Assembly (NCBI GenBank): GCA_965552135.1
Contig: CBEVQY010000021.1
Location: 1-50,567 of the forward strand
DNA from: an uncultured bacterium
GTDB taxonomy: Bacteria; UBP14; UBA6098; B30-G16
Direction of reading: 5' to 3'
Length of the DNA: 50,567 nt
Below, piece after piece: positions 35,979-48,226 of the stretch. Below the pieces are notes generated by a model. The model was not told the origin of the DNA, did no database searches, and saw only the letters and a list, made by a program, of their open reading frames with translations. Position numbers and translations under genes: made by a program. How positions within the stretch are numbered: position 1 is the stretch's first letter; each line of letters starts with the position of its first letter.

Positions 35979-38093
35979 ATGAGGTGCGTGCTGGCAAAAG
36001 TTTTGGTTCTTTCGGCTTGCTTCGCTCAGCTTTCGGTTGAGGGCGTTGGCGGGCTTGTGGTTCAGATGGACACCACCGACGGCTTCTTCGCACTCGGCGA
36101 TACTGCGGGGCATCCGCTGATGTATAACTTCGACTACCCGTGGCTTCGGGACGGGATGTTCATCCTCTTTATGGTCGACGACAGCGGCTTCACGAACTAC
36201 TACAGCGAGACGTTTTACGGATACACCTTTCTGCGCGACTACTCCGCCGGCTGCGGCTACTGGTCGGGCGGGATCAGCAAGGAGTGGGACGTGCCCTACG
36301 GCGGGGGGAGCATATTCTTCCGCCTCACCGTCACCCCAGTTGAGATCGACGGCGTTGGCGTGGCGAAGATCACCTTCTACGTCTTCAACGGCGATACCGC
36401 AGCCCACGACTTTGGTGCGATGCTCCAGCTCGATATCCTCGTTGGCAGCAACGACCGCGCGCCCCTGGCGACGGGAACGAGCGTCCTCTCGCGGTGCACA
36501 ATCCTCGAGGACGACGAAATACCATACTTCTGGCAGTCCTACGAGGTTTCGCCCTCGGCTGGGTGCGGGCAGGTTATAGCGCGCGGCTTCCTTCGCTCGC
36601 TTGGGGCAACCCCACCCGACAGGTTCGTGCTGGCGCACTATCCGTACATATGGCGTCAGCCGTGGGAGCTTGACACGACGTACGAGGGGCTCGACTACAT
36701 CGACAGCGCGGTTTTGCTGCGCTGGCCGAAGCAGCGTGTGAGCTCGTGCAAATCGGCGACTTTCGTCACCTACTTTGGCTTCGGCAAGTGCGTTGAGGAG
36801 AGCACAGACGTTGTCCTTCTGCCGCTTGTTCCCGGCGAGGTTGGCGCCGAGTGCGACACTTTAAGCCTCCCGTTCGAGGTGGCTGCGTTGGTGCACAACG
36901 CCGGTCTTGCGGCTGGCGTTGCCGCCGGAACGCTGTGCGTCACCCTGCCTGCCGGCATGGACTTCGACGCCGATCCGTTCCACCCCGCGTCCCCGTGCGT
37001 CCCGCTTGGGTCCGATCCCCTTGAGCTCGACAGCACCGCCGTGTCGGCGTGGCTCGTCAACGTCGTCGACCCAACGCTTGCCGACACAACCCTACCCATC
37101 GTCATCGACCTCTACGCACAGCCCGATATAGCGCTTTCGTCCACAAGCTGGGTGTACATCCCATCCCCGGACGGCGAGCCGCCCGTGGTCGACGTGCACT
37201 TCCCTTACCGATGCATCTCGTGCGGCGACAGCGGGTCGGTGGTGATCCCATTCTTCGTTTACGACAGCTCGGGGATCGATCCGCTTTCGGTTTCGGTGCA
37301 GGTTGGCGGAAGGCTCCTTACGCCGACGTCGGGCTACGTGCACCTGGGGGGCGACACGATATACGTTGAGGTTCCCGTGGGGATGCTTGTGCACGGCGCT
37401 GTGCTCGAGTACCGCTTCGCAAGCCTTTCGGACGTCTTCGGCTGCACGGCGGAGGACTTCCCGCCGCCCGGAACGCTTTTGGTCGACCTCTTCCCGCCGT
37501 CGTTTTTGGGGTTTGATCCGCCCGGGGGGTCATTTATCGGCTCGGTGCCGGTCGTTAGGCTGCGCTTTGCGGACGAGCCCGCTGGCGTCGACACGGCGTC
37601 TGTGGAGCTCCAGTTCGACGGCGCGGTGGTCGCGCCCGATGACCCAAGGATATCGTGGGAGGGCGACTCGGTCCTTGTGTTCTCGTCAACTGACACCTTC
37701 CCGCCGGGATATCCGTTGACGATATGCCTCACGCACATAGCCGACAGGGCTGAGCTTTGCGGTCCCAACGAGATTTCTTTGCTTCAGTGCGCGACCTACA
37801 CCATTTCGGGCGTGGAGGAGGCGAAGCCGGAGGGCGAGCTTGCCGTTTCGGTTGTGCCGAACCCGTTCAACGCCGCCTGCGACGTGAAGTTGTCGCTTTC
37901 CCGCCGCACGCGCGTTTCGGTCGACGTCCTTGACACGTCGGGCAGGCTTTTGGTGTCCGTCTTCCGCGGCGTTCTGGACGGCGGGGCGCATAGGCTCCGA
38001 TGGCGACCCGACGGGATGGCGTCGGGCGTGTATATCGTGAGGGTCTGCGCCGACGACGCCGTGGCTGTGTCGGTGGTGGCGTATGTGAAGTGA
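35979..38093 (+). CDS. Secreted multi-beta-domain protein with C-terminal T9SS type A/FlgD-like domain
   Basis: Signal peptide ([13 protein letters not shown]), several Ig-like segments (D.SGID, DEPAGVD), C-terminal PNPFN..V.VLD.SGR.L..G...W....[10 protein letters not shown]. Confidence 0.8.
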   Translation: MRCVLAKVLVLSACFAQLSVEGVGGLVVQMDTTDGFFALGDTAGHPLMYNFDYPWLRDGMFILFMVDDSGFTNYYSETFYGYTFLRDYSAGCGYWSGGISKEWDVPYGGGSIFFRLTVTPVEIDGVGVAKITFYVFNGDTAAHDFGAMLQLDILVGSNDRAPLATGTSVLSRCTILEDDEIPYFWQSYEVSPSAGCGQVIARGFLRSLGATPPDRFVLAHYPYIWRQPWELDTTYEGLDYIDSAVLLRWPKQRVSSCKSATFVTYFGFGKCVEESTDVVLLPLVPGEVGAECDTLSLPFEVAALVHNAGLAAGVAAGTLCVTLPAGMDFDADPFHPASPCVPLGSDPLELDSTAVSAWLVNVVDPTLADTTLPIVIDLYAQPDIALSSTSWVYIPSPDGEPPVVDVHFPYRCISCGDSGSVVIPFFVYDSSGIDPLSVSVQVGGRLLTPTSGYVHLGGDTIYVEVPVGMLVHGAVLEYRFASLSDVFGCTAEDFPPPGTLLVDLFPPSFLGFDPPGGSFIGSVPVVRLRFADEPAGVDTASVELQFDGAVVAPDDPRISWEGDSVLVFSSTDTFPPGYPLTICLTHIADRAELCGPNEISLLQCATYTISGVEEAKPEGELAVSVVPNPFNAACDVKLSLSRRTRVSVDVLDTSGRLLVSVFRGVLDGGAHRLRWRPDGMASGVYIVRVCADDAVAVSVVAYVK

Positions 38094-38180
38094 GTACACT
38101 CTCGCCGCCTCGGGGATTTTCGTTTGCGCTGAAGCACAGGTCGCTTCATCTTATCGAGAACTTATGCCGGAGGTTATGCG

Positions 38181-41100
38181 TTGAGACGGTTGGTCTTCGT
38201 CGTTGGTCTTACTGTCTTTTTGGCCTGGGGTTTTGCGCCCCGCGAGGGCGCGGATTATCGCGTTTGGCCGCAGATTTCAAAAAGCTTTGTCGCGCCGCCG
38301 CAGTCGGCTGGCGTAAAGCGGGAGTTTGTGGACCGTTACGGCGGCAACTGGTCGTTCATCTGGAATCGCGATACAGGTCTGCCGCACAGGATAGTAGGCT
38401 CAGGCGTGTACGTGGGGCAGCCGAAGGACGAGGCGGAGGCGATTGAGAAATGCCTTGCCTTCGCGACCGAAAACCCCGAAATCTTCCCGCCGCAGTGCGA
38501 GCTTGTCCCAATTTCGGCAAAGCGCGCTCTGGGGACGTGGATCGTTACGTTCAGGGAGGAGTATGACGGTTTGCCCGTTCTCTCCGGCAGAGCCGACTTC
38601 AGGATCAAGCGTGGCAAGCTCGTTCTTTTGGGCAGCGACCTCCATCCTAATCTTGCCGTGGACGTTGAGCCTTCGCTGGGCTTGGACGATGCCTTGCGGA
38701 TTGCTGCTCAGCGCTTCGAGTTCGAAGACGCTTGGGGTGAGCTTTGGGTCTCGCCGTTCGAGGGCGGCAGACTGCTTTGGCGCATATCGGCGCAAAACGA
38801 AGCCCCCGTTCACAGATGGCAGGTCTTCGTCGACGCACACACGGGCGAAATCGTCTACTTCTGGGACGACGTCCCAACGGCGATAGGCGGCAGGGTCTTC
38901 GGCGAGCTCCATCCCCTCTACGCCCTGGATTCCGTGCAAACTCTCCCCCTGCCGAACATATGGGTTTGGGACGAGCACGGCGATTCCGTCCTCGCGGACG
39001 AGGAGGGGAACTACCTCTTCGAGATCGATTTCGTTTACGGCACTATCATCTACGGCAAGCTTGTTGGTCTTTACGCCGACGTTGTTCCCGTTTCGGGTGT
39101 TCACTCGGTTTGCGGTGGTGGAGCGACGAGCGAGGTCTTTGACCTCACCTTCGCGTCCGACTGCGCCGCCCTGGATGAGGTGGGGGCGTTCTATCACGTA
39201 AACGTCGTTCACCGCTTCTTTAAGTCCATCGACCCCGATTTTGTGGCGATGGACTATCCCGTTCCCGTCACCGTGAGCGACACGGTCGACCCATGCCCGC
39301 TCAACGCCTTCTGGGACGGGCACGGCATACACCTTGGCGCGGGAGGAGGCGGCACATACAGAAATTTCGGGCTCTACGCCGACGTGATATACCACGAGTA
39401 CACCCACGGGACGACGCACTTTATCTATCCCATCGACCTTCTGCCGTACGTTGATCAGCCCGGTGCGCTGAACGAAGCCTTCTCCGATTACTTTGCCTGC
39501 GCGATCACGGGAGAGCCATACATAGGCGAGCTTGGTCTTGTGATCGGTCAGCCTTGGATGCGCAGCCTCGACAACGACCTGCGCTACCCCGACGACTGGG
39601 TCGATGAGGTCCACGCCGACAGCAGGATAATCTCCGGCGCGTGGTGGGACATAAGGGATGCCCTGCTTTCCCGAAAGGGCTGGGTCGACAGCCTCGTTCA
39701 CTTCACAAGGTTCACCTTCGCCAACACCTTCGACGACTTCGCCTACGAGATGCTCGTTCTCGACGACGACGACGGCAACCTCATAAACGGCACACCCCAC
39801 GACGACGAGATCATCGAGGGCTACATGCGACACGGCATTGGGGGCTTTGGCGTAAGGATTTTGCACAAGCCCCACAAGGACACGGAGAACACGCTTGAGC
39901 CGTACCGCATCAGGGCGGAGCTTAGGGCTTTCACGCCGGTTCGCTGGGCTTTTGTCTATTACTCCGTCGACGGCTCGACCTTTACGGCGGCAAGCCTTGA
40001 GGAGAGCGACACGTCGGGGGTTTGGGAGGCGTTTATCCCGCCGCAGCCCTCGGGCACCACGGTGCGCTATTACATCTGGGCTGAGGATTGGCGCGGATTT
40101 TCGGATACACTGCCCGACTTCGCCCCCGAAACCCTCTTTGCCTTCCACGTGGGACCTGATACAGTCCCGCCCAGCATAGTCCACAAGCCGCTGTGGGACC
40201 AAAGCGAGTACACGCTGCCCTATCGCGTGCTCGCCCGCATAGAGGATAACTGCGAGGCTCCCGTTGGGGCTTTTGTTGTCTTCGGCAGAAACAGCGCTCC
40301 CGCCGAAACCGTCGCCATGGAGGCTCTGGAGGGCGATGTGTTCGGGGCGGAGATGGATTTCCCGGGCGGCGTTGAGGTCGGAGACTCGATCTGGTACTGC
40401 ATATGGGCTTACGACGGCGCCTCCGAGCCGAACTACGCCGCAAACCCCGACTCGGGGGTCTACTCCTTCAGGGTTGTGAGGTCCATCTACTACGACTTCG
40501 AGGGCGGTGACGGCGGATTTTCTTCGGAACTGGGATGGGAGTGGGGTGAGCCCACAAGCGGTCCCGGAGAGGCTTGTTCGGGCACAATGCTTTGGGCAAC
40601 GGTCCTTGGTGGCAACTACGGCGACAACGCCGATTATCTTCTTGTCTCGCCGCCGATCGACCTCTCTGGTTTCTCCGACGCGCTTTTGAGCTTTTCGATG
40701 TGGCTTGAGTCGGAGCGGCGCTACGACGGCGGGCAGGTGCTTGTGTCGACAGACGGCGACCACTGGGAGCTTCTGGAGCCCGTTGGCGGCTATCCTACCC
40801 GCGCTGTGGCTGCCCTCGGAGGTGAGCCCGGCTTTTCGGGCGCAACTCAACGCTGGGTAAAGCCCGCCTTCGACCTTTCGCCATACCTGGGCTCCACCGT
40901 GCAGATCGCGTTTCGGTTCGCGTCGGATGGGGCGGTTAACATGTCCGGCTGGTACGTGGACGATGTTCTTGTGCTCGAGACGAACCTGCTTCTGCCGCCG
41001 AAGAACTTCCGCGCGGAAAGCGGCTACGACGGCGTCGTGCCCCTGTATTGGCAAAAGCCCTCGGAGGGCGTGATCGAGTATCTGCTTTACAGGAGCACGG

Positions 41101-42428
41101 TCGACGAGCAGCCGGCGGAGCCCTATGCTCACATCTCCGCCGACGACACCCTCTACATGGACTACGACGTCGTCAACGGGACGAGATACTACTACTGGCT
41201 TGTTGCGCGCTACAGGCGCGGGGACTCTGAGCCGGCTGGTCCTGTCGATGCCGCGCCGTTTGCGGCGCGGATAGCCGTTGAGCCCGAAAGCCTGTTTATA
41301 GCCTTAAATCCCGGAGGGATGCTCGATACCGCCATAGTAATCCACAACCTCGGGATGGGGGAGCTGAGCTTCGACATCTGGGAGGCGCCCTATGGGGATG
41401 CGTGCATCCTTTCGGAGGGGTTCCTCGAGCCCAGCGCCGACCAGTGGCATCTCCTCGCCGTCGATCCCGCCGAGGGCGTCCCGCAGGATATAGCCGCCCT
41501 ATGGGGACAGACCAAAACTGAGGGCACAAACAAAGCCTACTTCCTCGTCTGCGGCTACGGGACGTTCGGCGACCCCGATTCGTTCGTTGTAGCGTGGATG
41601 TTCGACACCGACCTCAACCCGAGCACGGGTTTCCCGGAAGGGGGCGGGATAGAGTACATAGTCGCCGTCGGCAACGTCATGGGTTTCGACGGGATGATCC
41701 TGCGCTACAACCCCGAAAGCCCCTACGGCTGGGACATAATCGGCGTGCCGTCCTGGATTTACAGGTCGACCAATCAGGACACGGTAGGCGTTGGCTTTTC
41801 GGTTTCGAACCTCGGCTCGCCCGATGCGGCGTACATGAGGTGCGCCATAATGACGGGTCTTGCCGGCACAACGCCCGAGGTGATGGACATCGTCCCCGAC
41901 ACCACCGCCGAGCCCGTTGAGTTTTCGTTCTACAACGCGAGGTGGATTGTGGAAAATCCTATCAGAGGCGACGTTTCGGGCGGCGAGAGCGAACGGATCA
42001 CCCTCTCCATCGACTCACACGGTCTTTCGAGCGGATACGACTACAGGATGAAGCTCAGGATCCTTTCGAACGACAGGACCGCCCCCGAGGTTTTCGTGCC
42101 CGTCGTCCTCAGGGTCGTTCCGTGGTCTGTTGACGATGTTTCGAAACCTTCTGGGCTTGTCCTTTTCGAACCGCGCCCTGTGCCGTTCAACGCCGCCGTG
42201 GAGCTTGGGTTCTTTGCGGCAGAGCCCGCGGATGTCAGGCTCGCCGTCTACGATGTTGCCGGCAGGTGCGTGCGCGTTCTTTTGGACGGCGCCATTGCCG
42301 CGGGCTCCCACCGCATCGTCTGGGACGGGACCGATGGCGAAGGAGAACCCCTTCCCTCCGGCGTATACCTCCTTAGGCTTTCCGCCGAAGGCGCTTCGCA
42401 GACCAAGCGCCTGCTTCTGGTTCGGTGA
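38181..42428 (+). CDS. Secreted thermolysin-like (M4/M36) zinc metalloprotease with FTP/PepSY propeptide, accessory domains and FlgD/T9SS-type C-terminal domain
   Basis: Signal peptide, FREEYDGLPV, VFVDAHTGEI (PepSY), NAFWDG, HEYTH, GALNEAFSD, VHADS, a MAM/InhA-like segment (RYDGGQV, FRFASDG..GWYVDDV), FN3, and PVPFN..WDG.D..G..LPSGVYLLRL. Confidence 0.9.
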   Translation: MRRLVFVVGLTVFLAWGFAPREGADYRVWPQISKSFVAPPQSAGVKREFVDRYGGNWSFIWNRDTGLPHRIVGSGVYVGQPKDEAEAIEKCLAFATENPEIFPPQCELVPISAKRALGTWIVTFREEYDGLPVLSGRADFRIKRGKLVLLGSDLHPNLAVDVEPSLGLDDALRIAAQRFEFEDAWGELWVSPFEGGRLLWRISAQNEAPVHRWQVFVDAHTGEIVYFWDDVPTAIGGRVFGELHPLYALDSVQTLPLPNIWVWDEHGDSVLADEEGNYLFEIDFVYGTIIYGKLVGLYADVVPVSGVHSVCGGGATSEVFDLTFASDCAALDEVGAFYHVNVVHRFFKSIDPDFVAMDYPVPVTVSDTVDPCPLNAFWDGHGIHLGAGGGGTYRNFGLYADVIYHEYTHGTTHFIYPIDLLPYVDQPGALNEAFSDYFACAITGEPYIGELGLVIGQPWMRSLDNDLRYPDDWVDEVHADSRIISGAWWDIRDALLSRKGWVDSLVHFTRFTFANTFDDFAYEMLVLDDDDGNLINGTPHDDEIIEGYMRHGIGGFGVRILHKPHKDTENTLEPYRIRAELRAFTPVRWAFVYYSVDGSTFTAASLEESDTSGVWEAFIPPQPSGTTVRYYIWAEDWRGFSDTLPDFAPETLFAFHVGPDTVPPSIVHKPLWDQSEYTLPYRVLARIEDNCEAPVGAFVVFGRNSAPAETVAMEALEGDVFGAEMDFPGGVEVGDSIWYCIWAYDGASEPNYAANPDSGVYSFRVVRSIYYDFEGGDGGFSSELGWEWGEPTSGPGEACSGTMLWATVLGGNYGDNADYLLVSPPIDLSGFSDALLSFSMWLESERRYDGGQVLVSTDGDHWELLEPVGGYPTRAVAALGGEPGFSGATQRWVKPAFDLSPYLGSTVQIAFRFASDGAVNMSGWYVDDVLVLETNLLLPPKNFRAESGYDGVVPLYWQKPSEGVIEYLLYRSTVDEQPAEPYAHISADDTLYMDYDVVNGTRYYYWLVARYRRGDSEPAGPVDAAPFAARIAVEPESLFIALNPGGMLDTAIVIHNLGMGELSFDIWEAPYGDACILSEGFLEPSADQWHLLAVDPAEGVPQDIAALWGQTKTEGTNKAYFLVCGYGTFGDPDSFVVAWMFDTDLNPSTGFPEGGGIEYIVAVGNVMGFDGMILRYNPESPYGWDIIGVPSWIYRSTNQDTVGVGFSVSNLGSPDAAYMRCAIMTGLAGTTPEVMDIVPDTTAEPVEFSFYNARWIVENPIRGDVSGGESERITLSIDSHGLSSGYDYRMKLRILSNDRTAPEVFVPVVLRVVPWSVDDVSKPSGLVLFEPRPVPFNAAVELGFFAAEPADVRLAVYDVAGRCVRVLLDGAIAAGSHRIVWDGTDGEGEPLPSGVYLLRLSAEGASQTKRLLLVR

Positions 42429-42612
42429 AGTTTGCGGGTCTGCTTCTTCCGCGGGAGGTCGAGCGGGGGCACTTTCTTTTTGGTGCGTCTTCGGTGGCTG
42501 AGCTTTCGCATTAGGTATAGTATTTGCCGGCGGCGCGGCCTGCCGCGACGAGACCCCTTTGATTAACTTTGCCGCTGGACAAGGTTTCTGACGCTGGTTT
42601 TGAAAAAAGTTC

Positions 42613-42641
42613 TTGACAAGGTGTTTTGCCGTCCCTATTAT
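42613..42641 (+). promoter_or_regulatory. Sigma70 promoter of groESL
   Basis: TTGACA (42613-42618), 17-nt spacer, TATTAT (42636-42641), preceded by an A-tract. Confidence 0.8.
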
Positions 42642-42667
42642 TAGCACTCGACGGCGATGAGTGCTAA
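42641..42667 (+). promoter_or_regulatory. CIRCE element (HrcA operator)
   Basis: Perfect TTAGCACTC-N9-GAGTGCTAA directly after the -10 box, upstream of groES. Confidence 0.97.
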
Positions 42668-42721
42668 CAATTGGAACTAACTCGTTGGTTGCCAACGTAA
42701 TAGCAAGCAGGGAGGTGAGTC

Positions 42722-43012
42722 ATGAAAGTGAAGCCGCTGTACGATCGGATCCTCGTCAAACCCCTCGAGCCCGAAGAGGTGAAGAAGGGCAACATAATCA
42801 TCCCCGACACCGCGAAGGAGAGACCCCAACAGGGTGAGGTCATCGAGGTGGGCGAGGGAAGGCTCACCGAGGACGGGAAGATAATCCCCCTCAAGGTGAA
42901 GAAGGGCGACAGGATCCTCTTCTCCAAGTACGCCGGAACGGAGATCGAGATGGACGATGAGGAGTACATCTTCATGCGCGAGTCCGACGTTTTGGCGATA
43001 ATAAGCCAGTAA
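42722..43012 (+). CDS. groES: Co-chaperonin GroES
   Basis: [48 protein letters not shown]. Confidence 0.98.
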   Translation: MKVKPLYDRILVKPLEPEEVKKGNIIIPDTAKERPQQGEVIEVGEGRLTEDGKIIPLKVKKGDRILFSKYAGTEIEMDDEEYIFMRESDVLAIISQ

Positions 43013-44662
<1,650 letters not shown>

Positions 44663-44688
44663 TGCGCCGGCTTCCTTCGCGCACGCGC

Positions 44689-44722
44689 AAGGGCTCCCCG
44701 TGTGGGGAGCCCTTAGTTTTTT
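44689..44722 (+). terminator. Intrinsic terminator after groEL
   Basis: AAGGGCTCCCC-GTGT-GGGGAGCCCTT, an 11-bp stem followed by AGTTTTTT. Confidence 0.85.
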
Positions 44723-44839
44723 GCCGAGCCGCCGCAAGCGAAAAATTTAATTGATTTTCGACCACCTGTGGTTTAATTTTTTTTTTTCGAGCCCTGTAAT
44801 TTAAACTTCTAGTTTAGTAAATTGGCATAGGAGGTCAAA

Positions 44840-47800
44840 GTGGTGCGGTTTGGTCGGTTTGCGCTTTGGGCTGTGTTCGTTTCGATCGTCTTCGCTCAAC
44901 CCGTTCTGCACTATCAGGGCAAGCTTGTCGGTTTGGACGACGTTGCCGTAAACGACACCGTGAGCATGACGTTTAAGCTTTACGACTGCGCCTCCGGCGG
45001 CTCAGCCATCTGGGGCGAGACGCACAGCGACGTCGTGGTCACAAAGGGGCTTTTTTCGGTGGTTCTCGGCGAAATCTCGCCGCTTGATCTGCCGTTCGAC
45101 ACCCAGTACTGGCTCGAGATAAGCGTCAACGGCGCTGTGATGGTTCCCCGTGTGAAGCTTGCTGCCTCGCCGTATGCCTTTCGAGCTGTTGTGGCAGACA
45201 GCCTCACAGGCGGCGTGCCCGACGAAAGCCCGGAAAACGAGCTTATAACCTCCGTCGTTTGGGAGCCCGACAGCCTCTCGCACCACACGCTCAGGATCGT
45301 GGAGCACTCCGTCCAGTGGGACGTTGTGATACCCGTCGACGAGGATGATCTTTCCGACAACGTATTGGGGGACCTTTCCGACGTCGACGTTTCGGGTGTA
45401 GTTTCCGGTCAGGTCCTCAAGTGGGACGGCTCTGCTTGGCGCCCCGCAGACGACGCAAACATACGTTGGGATACGCTCGGTGCCTACGTCGACACAACGA
45501 TGGGGATATCTTCCCTCTCCGACGTTAACACCGCTGGTGTTTCGGACGGTCAGGTTCTTGCGTGGGTCGAGGCTGCGGGGGAGTGGCGTCCCACGGACCT
45601 CGGCAGCGGCGCCGGCGACAACTGGGGAACTCAGGTTGTGGTGTCCGACTCGTCCCTGCTGGGCGACGGAACGCCCACAGACACCCTCCGCGTCAACTGG
45701 GACACGCTTGGGGCGTACTACGATACACTCTCGCTCGCCACTGCAGGCGCAGCCAGAGTGCACTGGGAAAACATAATAAACGTTCCGGAAAGCATTCTGG
45801 TCGACGGGAGCAGGGAGAACGAACTTATAACTGATTTCCTTTGGTTTTACGACACGCTTGGCGGCAGGATCCGCGTTGCCGAGGGTGGGAGCGTGCACGA
45901 AGTCTTCGTCCCCACGCACGAGGATCACCTTGCCGACAACAGCATAGGTGACCTCGGCGACGTAAGCGTGGCAGGCGTTGTAGACGGTCAGGTTCTTAAG
46001 TGGTTCGCGTCGGCGGGTGAGTGGCGCCCGGCAAATGATATAGGTGGTGGCGTGGGCGATAACTGGGGCACTCAGGTCGTTGTGTCCGATTCGTCCCTCT
46101 TGGGTGATGGGACCGCATCGGAGCCCTTGAGAATCGCCTTCGAAAACCTCGATTTCGTAAGCTCCCTCGTCTGGGAGCCCGAAGATTCCCTCGAAAACAC
46201 CCTGAGGCTCACGGGTCCTTCAGACACCCTGGAGGTCGTCATCCCCGCGGACGAGGATGACCTTTCCGACAACGTTCTCACTGACCTCGGCGACGTAGAT
46301 ACCGCGGGCTTGGAGCCCGGCGTGATCATGGTCAGGGACTCGACGGGCAAGTGGGTCTTCCGCTCGATAGTTGGCTTTTACGACGACAAGAACTGGCACG
46401 ACGCCACGGACTACATCTACACATCCGCCGAAAGCTGCGTTGACGTGAGGATATACGATCTCGGCGACACTGCCAGCATGAGCATAGTGCAGTCCGACTC
46501 GACGACGACGGGCGAGTGGTACGGTCTTTTGGTGAGCCGCCAGAGCCACGCCAACGCCAACGGCAAAGCCATTTACGCCTACGCGGGGGCGTTGGCAGGC
46601 GTTGGGACAACAAACGAGTTCTACGGCGTTTACGGAAAAGCCGGCTACGGTGCCCGCAATTACGGCGTCTACGGCGACGCCGAGGACGTCGGCACTGGCG
46701 AAGGCTACGGAGTTTACGGCAGAGGGAGGACGGTCGGCGTCTACGGCAGGAGCGGTAACTACGGCGTTTACGGCGATGCGGAGTACGCTGGCACAGGCGA
46801 GGGCTACGGAGTTTACGGCAAAGGGAGGACGGCCGGCGTTTACGGCGAGAGCGATAACTACGGTGTTTACGGCATAAGTGATTCGTGCGCTATCTACGGT
46901 TATTCCGAAACAGGTTTCGGGTGTTATTTCGATGCCCCAAAGAACTACTTTAGCGGCAATGTGGGGATAGGTCCTGGGGCGGATGATCCCGATTATGCGC
47001 TTGTGGTCATAAGCGATTCGTGCGCTGTCTACGGTTATTCCGAAACAGGTTTCGGGTGTTATTTCGATGCTCCAAAGAACTATTTCAGCGGCAATGTAGG
47101 GATAGGTCCGGGGGCGGATGATCCCGATTATGCGCTTGTGGTCAAGGGACGTTTAAACCCAATGTACCGTAATTACACAGAACCCTCGATATGCATTGGA
47201 AAACATGCCTGCGATAGCCTATTATCCAGCGGTCGAGAAAATATCGCTATAGGTCGATTTGCTTTGCGCACGAATGAGGTCGGTTCAGGAAACATAGCCA
47301 TAGGATATAAAGCTTTGGCAGACTATGATTGTTGGTACTTTTTGTCTACTTACACCTACAACATAGCAATCGGATCTTCTGCACTCACTCATTTGAGAGG
47401 TGAAGGGGGCCTTTGTTTGTACAATGTGAAAAATACTGCGGTAGGTTACGGTGCTCTTGAAAATCTTAAAGGTACTTATTACGGCGCCTATTGCAATACA
47501 GCCTTTGGAGCAGGTGCGCTTAAGGACTTGTGGGATGGTGAAAAAAATACCGCCTGTGGTGGCTATGCAGGGCCGACATCCGCTGACTCTTTTGTTTGCA
47601 ATACTACCGCGCTTGGCTTTGGTGCTAAAGTAACCGCCGACAATCAGGTCCGCATAGGAAATACATCCGTCACAAGCATTGGTGGCTACGCGAACTGGAC
47701 GAACCTCTCCGACGGTAGGTTTAAAAAGGATGTGCGCGAGGATGTCCCTGGTCTTGTCTTCATCCGCAAGCTCCGTCCTGTAACTTACCATCTCGACGTC

Positions 47801-48196
47801 AGGAAGTTGAACAGGTTTTTGGGCGTGCCGGACAGCATGTATGAGGATACGATTTGGGCGCGTGCTGTGGCGCAGAAGGAGGCGATCGTCCAGAGCGGAT
47901 TCATTGCTCAGGAGGTCGAGGAGGCAGCAAGGTCCGTTGGCTACGACTTCAGCGGTGTCGATGCTCCCCAGGACGAGCACGACCTCTACGGTCTTCGCTA
48001 CGCCGAGTTCGTTGTGCCTCTGGTCAAGGCGGTCCAGGAACTCGATGAAGAAAATAAAAAGCTCCGCGAGGAGCTTGCCAGACAGAAAGAGGAATTTGCC
48101 AAGCAAAAAGAGGAGCTTGCCAGGCAAAAAAGGGCTTTAGAGGTCCTCGAGGCTAAGATCGAGGAGCTTGAGGCAAGGTGCAATGTCCAGCGCTGA
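44840..48196 (+). CDS. Secreted tail-fibre-like protein A with C-terminal S74 intramolecular chaperone
   Basis: Signal peptide, LHYQGKL...PYAFRA domain, L.DL.DV..GQVLKW repeats, GVYG repeats, NTA.G..AL repeats, NLSDGRFKKDV (S74 Ser/Lys autocleavage), GFIAQEVE, GLRYAEFVVPLVKAVQEL and a coiled coil. Confidence 0.88.
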   Translation: MVRFGRFALWAVFVSIVFAQPVLHYQGKLVGLDDVAVNDTVSMTFKLYDCASGGSAIWGETHSDVVVTKGLFSVVLGEISPLDLPFDTQYWLEISVNGAVMVPRVKLAASPYAFRAVVADSLTGGVPDESPENELITSVVWEPDSLSHHTLRIVEHSVQWDVVIPVDEDDLSDNVLGDLSDVDVSGVVSGQVLKWDGSAWRPADDANIRWDTLGAYVDTTMGISSLSDVNTAGVSDGQVLAWVEAAGEWRPTDLGSGAGDNWGTQVVVSDSSLLGDGTPTDTLRVNWDTLGAYYDTLSLATAGAARVHWENIINVPESILVDGSRENELITDFLWFYDTLGGRIRVAEGGSVHEVFVPTHEDHLADNSIGDLGDVSVAGVVDGQVLKWFASAGEWRPANDIGGGVGDNWGTQVVVSDSSLLGDGTASEPLRIAFENLDFVSSLVWEPEDSLENTLRLTGPSDTLEVVIPADEDDLSDNVLTDLGDVDTAGLEPGVIMVRDSTGKWVFRSIVGFYDDKNWHDATDYIYTSAESCVDVRIYDLGDTASMSIVQSDSTTTGEWYGLLVSRQSHANANGKAIYAYAGALAGVGTTNEFYGVYGKAGYGARNYGVYGDAEDVGTGEGYGVYGRGRTVGVYGRSGNYGVYGDAEYAGTGEGYGVYGKGRTAGVYGESDNYGVYGISDSCAIYGYSETGFGCYFDAPKNYFSGNVGIGPGADDPDYALVVISDSCAVYGYSETGFGCYFDAPKNYFSGNVGIGPGADDPDYALVVKGRLNPMYRNYTEPSICIGKHACDSLLSSGRENIAIGRFALRTNEVGSGNIAIGYKALADYDCWYFLSTYTYNIAIGSSALTHLRGEGGLCLYNVKNTAVGYGALENLKGTYYGAYCNTAFGAGALKDLWDGEKNTACGGYAGPTSADSFVCNTTALGFGAKVTADNQVRIGNTSVTSIGGYANWTNLSDGRFKKDVREDVPGLVFIRKLRPVTYHLDVRKLNRFLGVPDSMYEDTIWARAVAQKEAIVQSGFIAQEVEEAARSVGYDFSGVDAPQDEHDLYGLRYAEFVVPLVKAVQELDEENKKLREELARQKEEFAKQKEELARQKRALEVLEAKIEELEARCNVQR
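46658..46855 (+). repeat. In-frame tandem duplication, 2 x 99 nt
   Basis: NYGVYGDAEDVGTGEGYGVYGRGRTVGVYGRSG / NYGVYGDAEYAGTGEGYGVYGKGRTAGVYGESD, with units starting at 46658 and 46757. Confidence 0.9.
46874..47143 (+). repeat. In-frame tandem duplication, 2 x 135 nt, near-identical
   Basis: ISDSCA(I/V)YGYSETGFGCYFDAPKNYFSGNVGIGPGADDPDYALVV occurs twice (46874, 47009), with about 7 mostly synonymous differences. Confidence 0.95.
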
Positions 48197-48226
48197 TGCG
48201 GTTAAGTTTAAATAGGAGGGAGCTTG

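Noticed and set aside
42429..42600. tRNA or riboswitch upstream of groES
   Set aside because: No cloverleaf, T-loop GTTCRA context or recognisable aptamer motif.
46600..47143. CRISPR-like array from the recurring TACGGC units
   Set aside because: These are in-frame GVYG coding repeats without unique spacers or cas genes.
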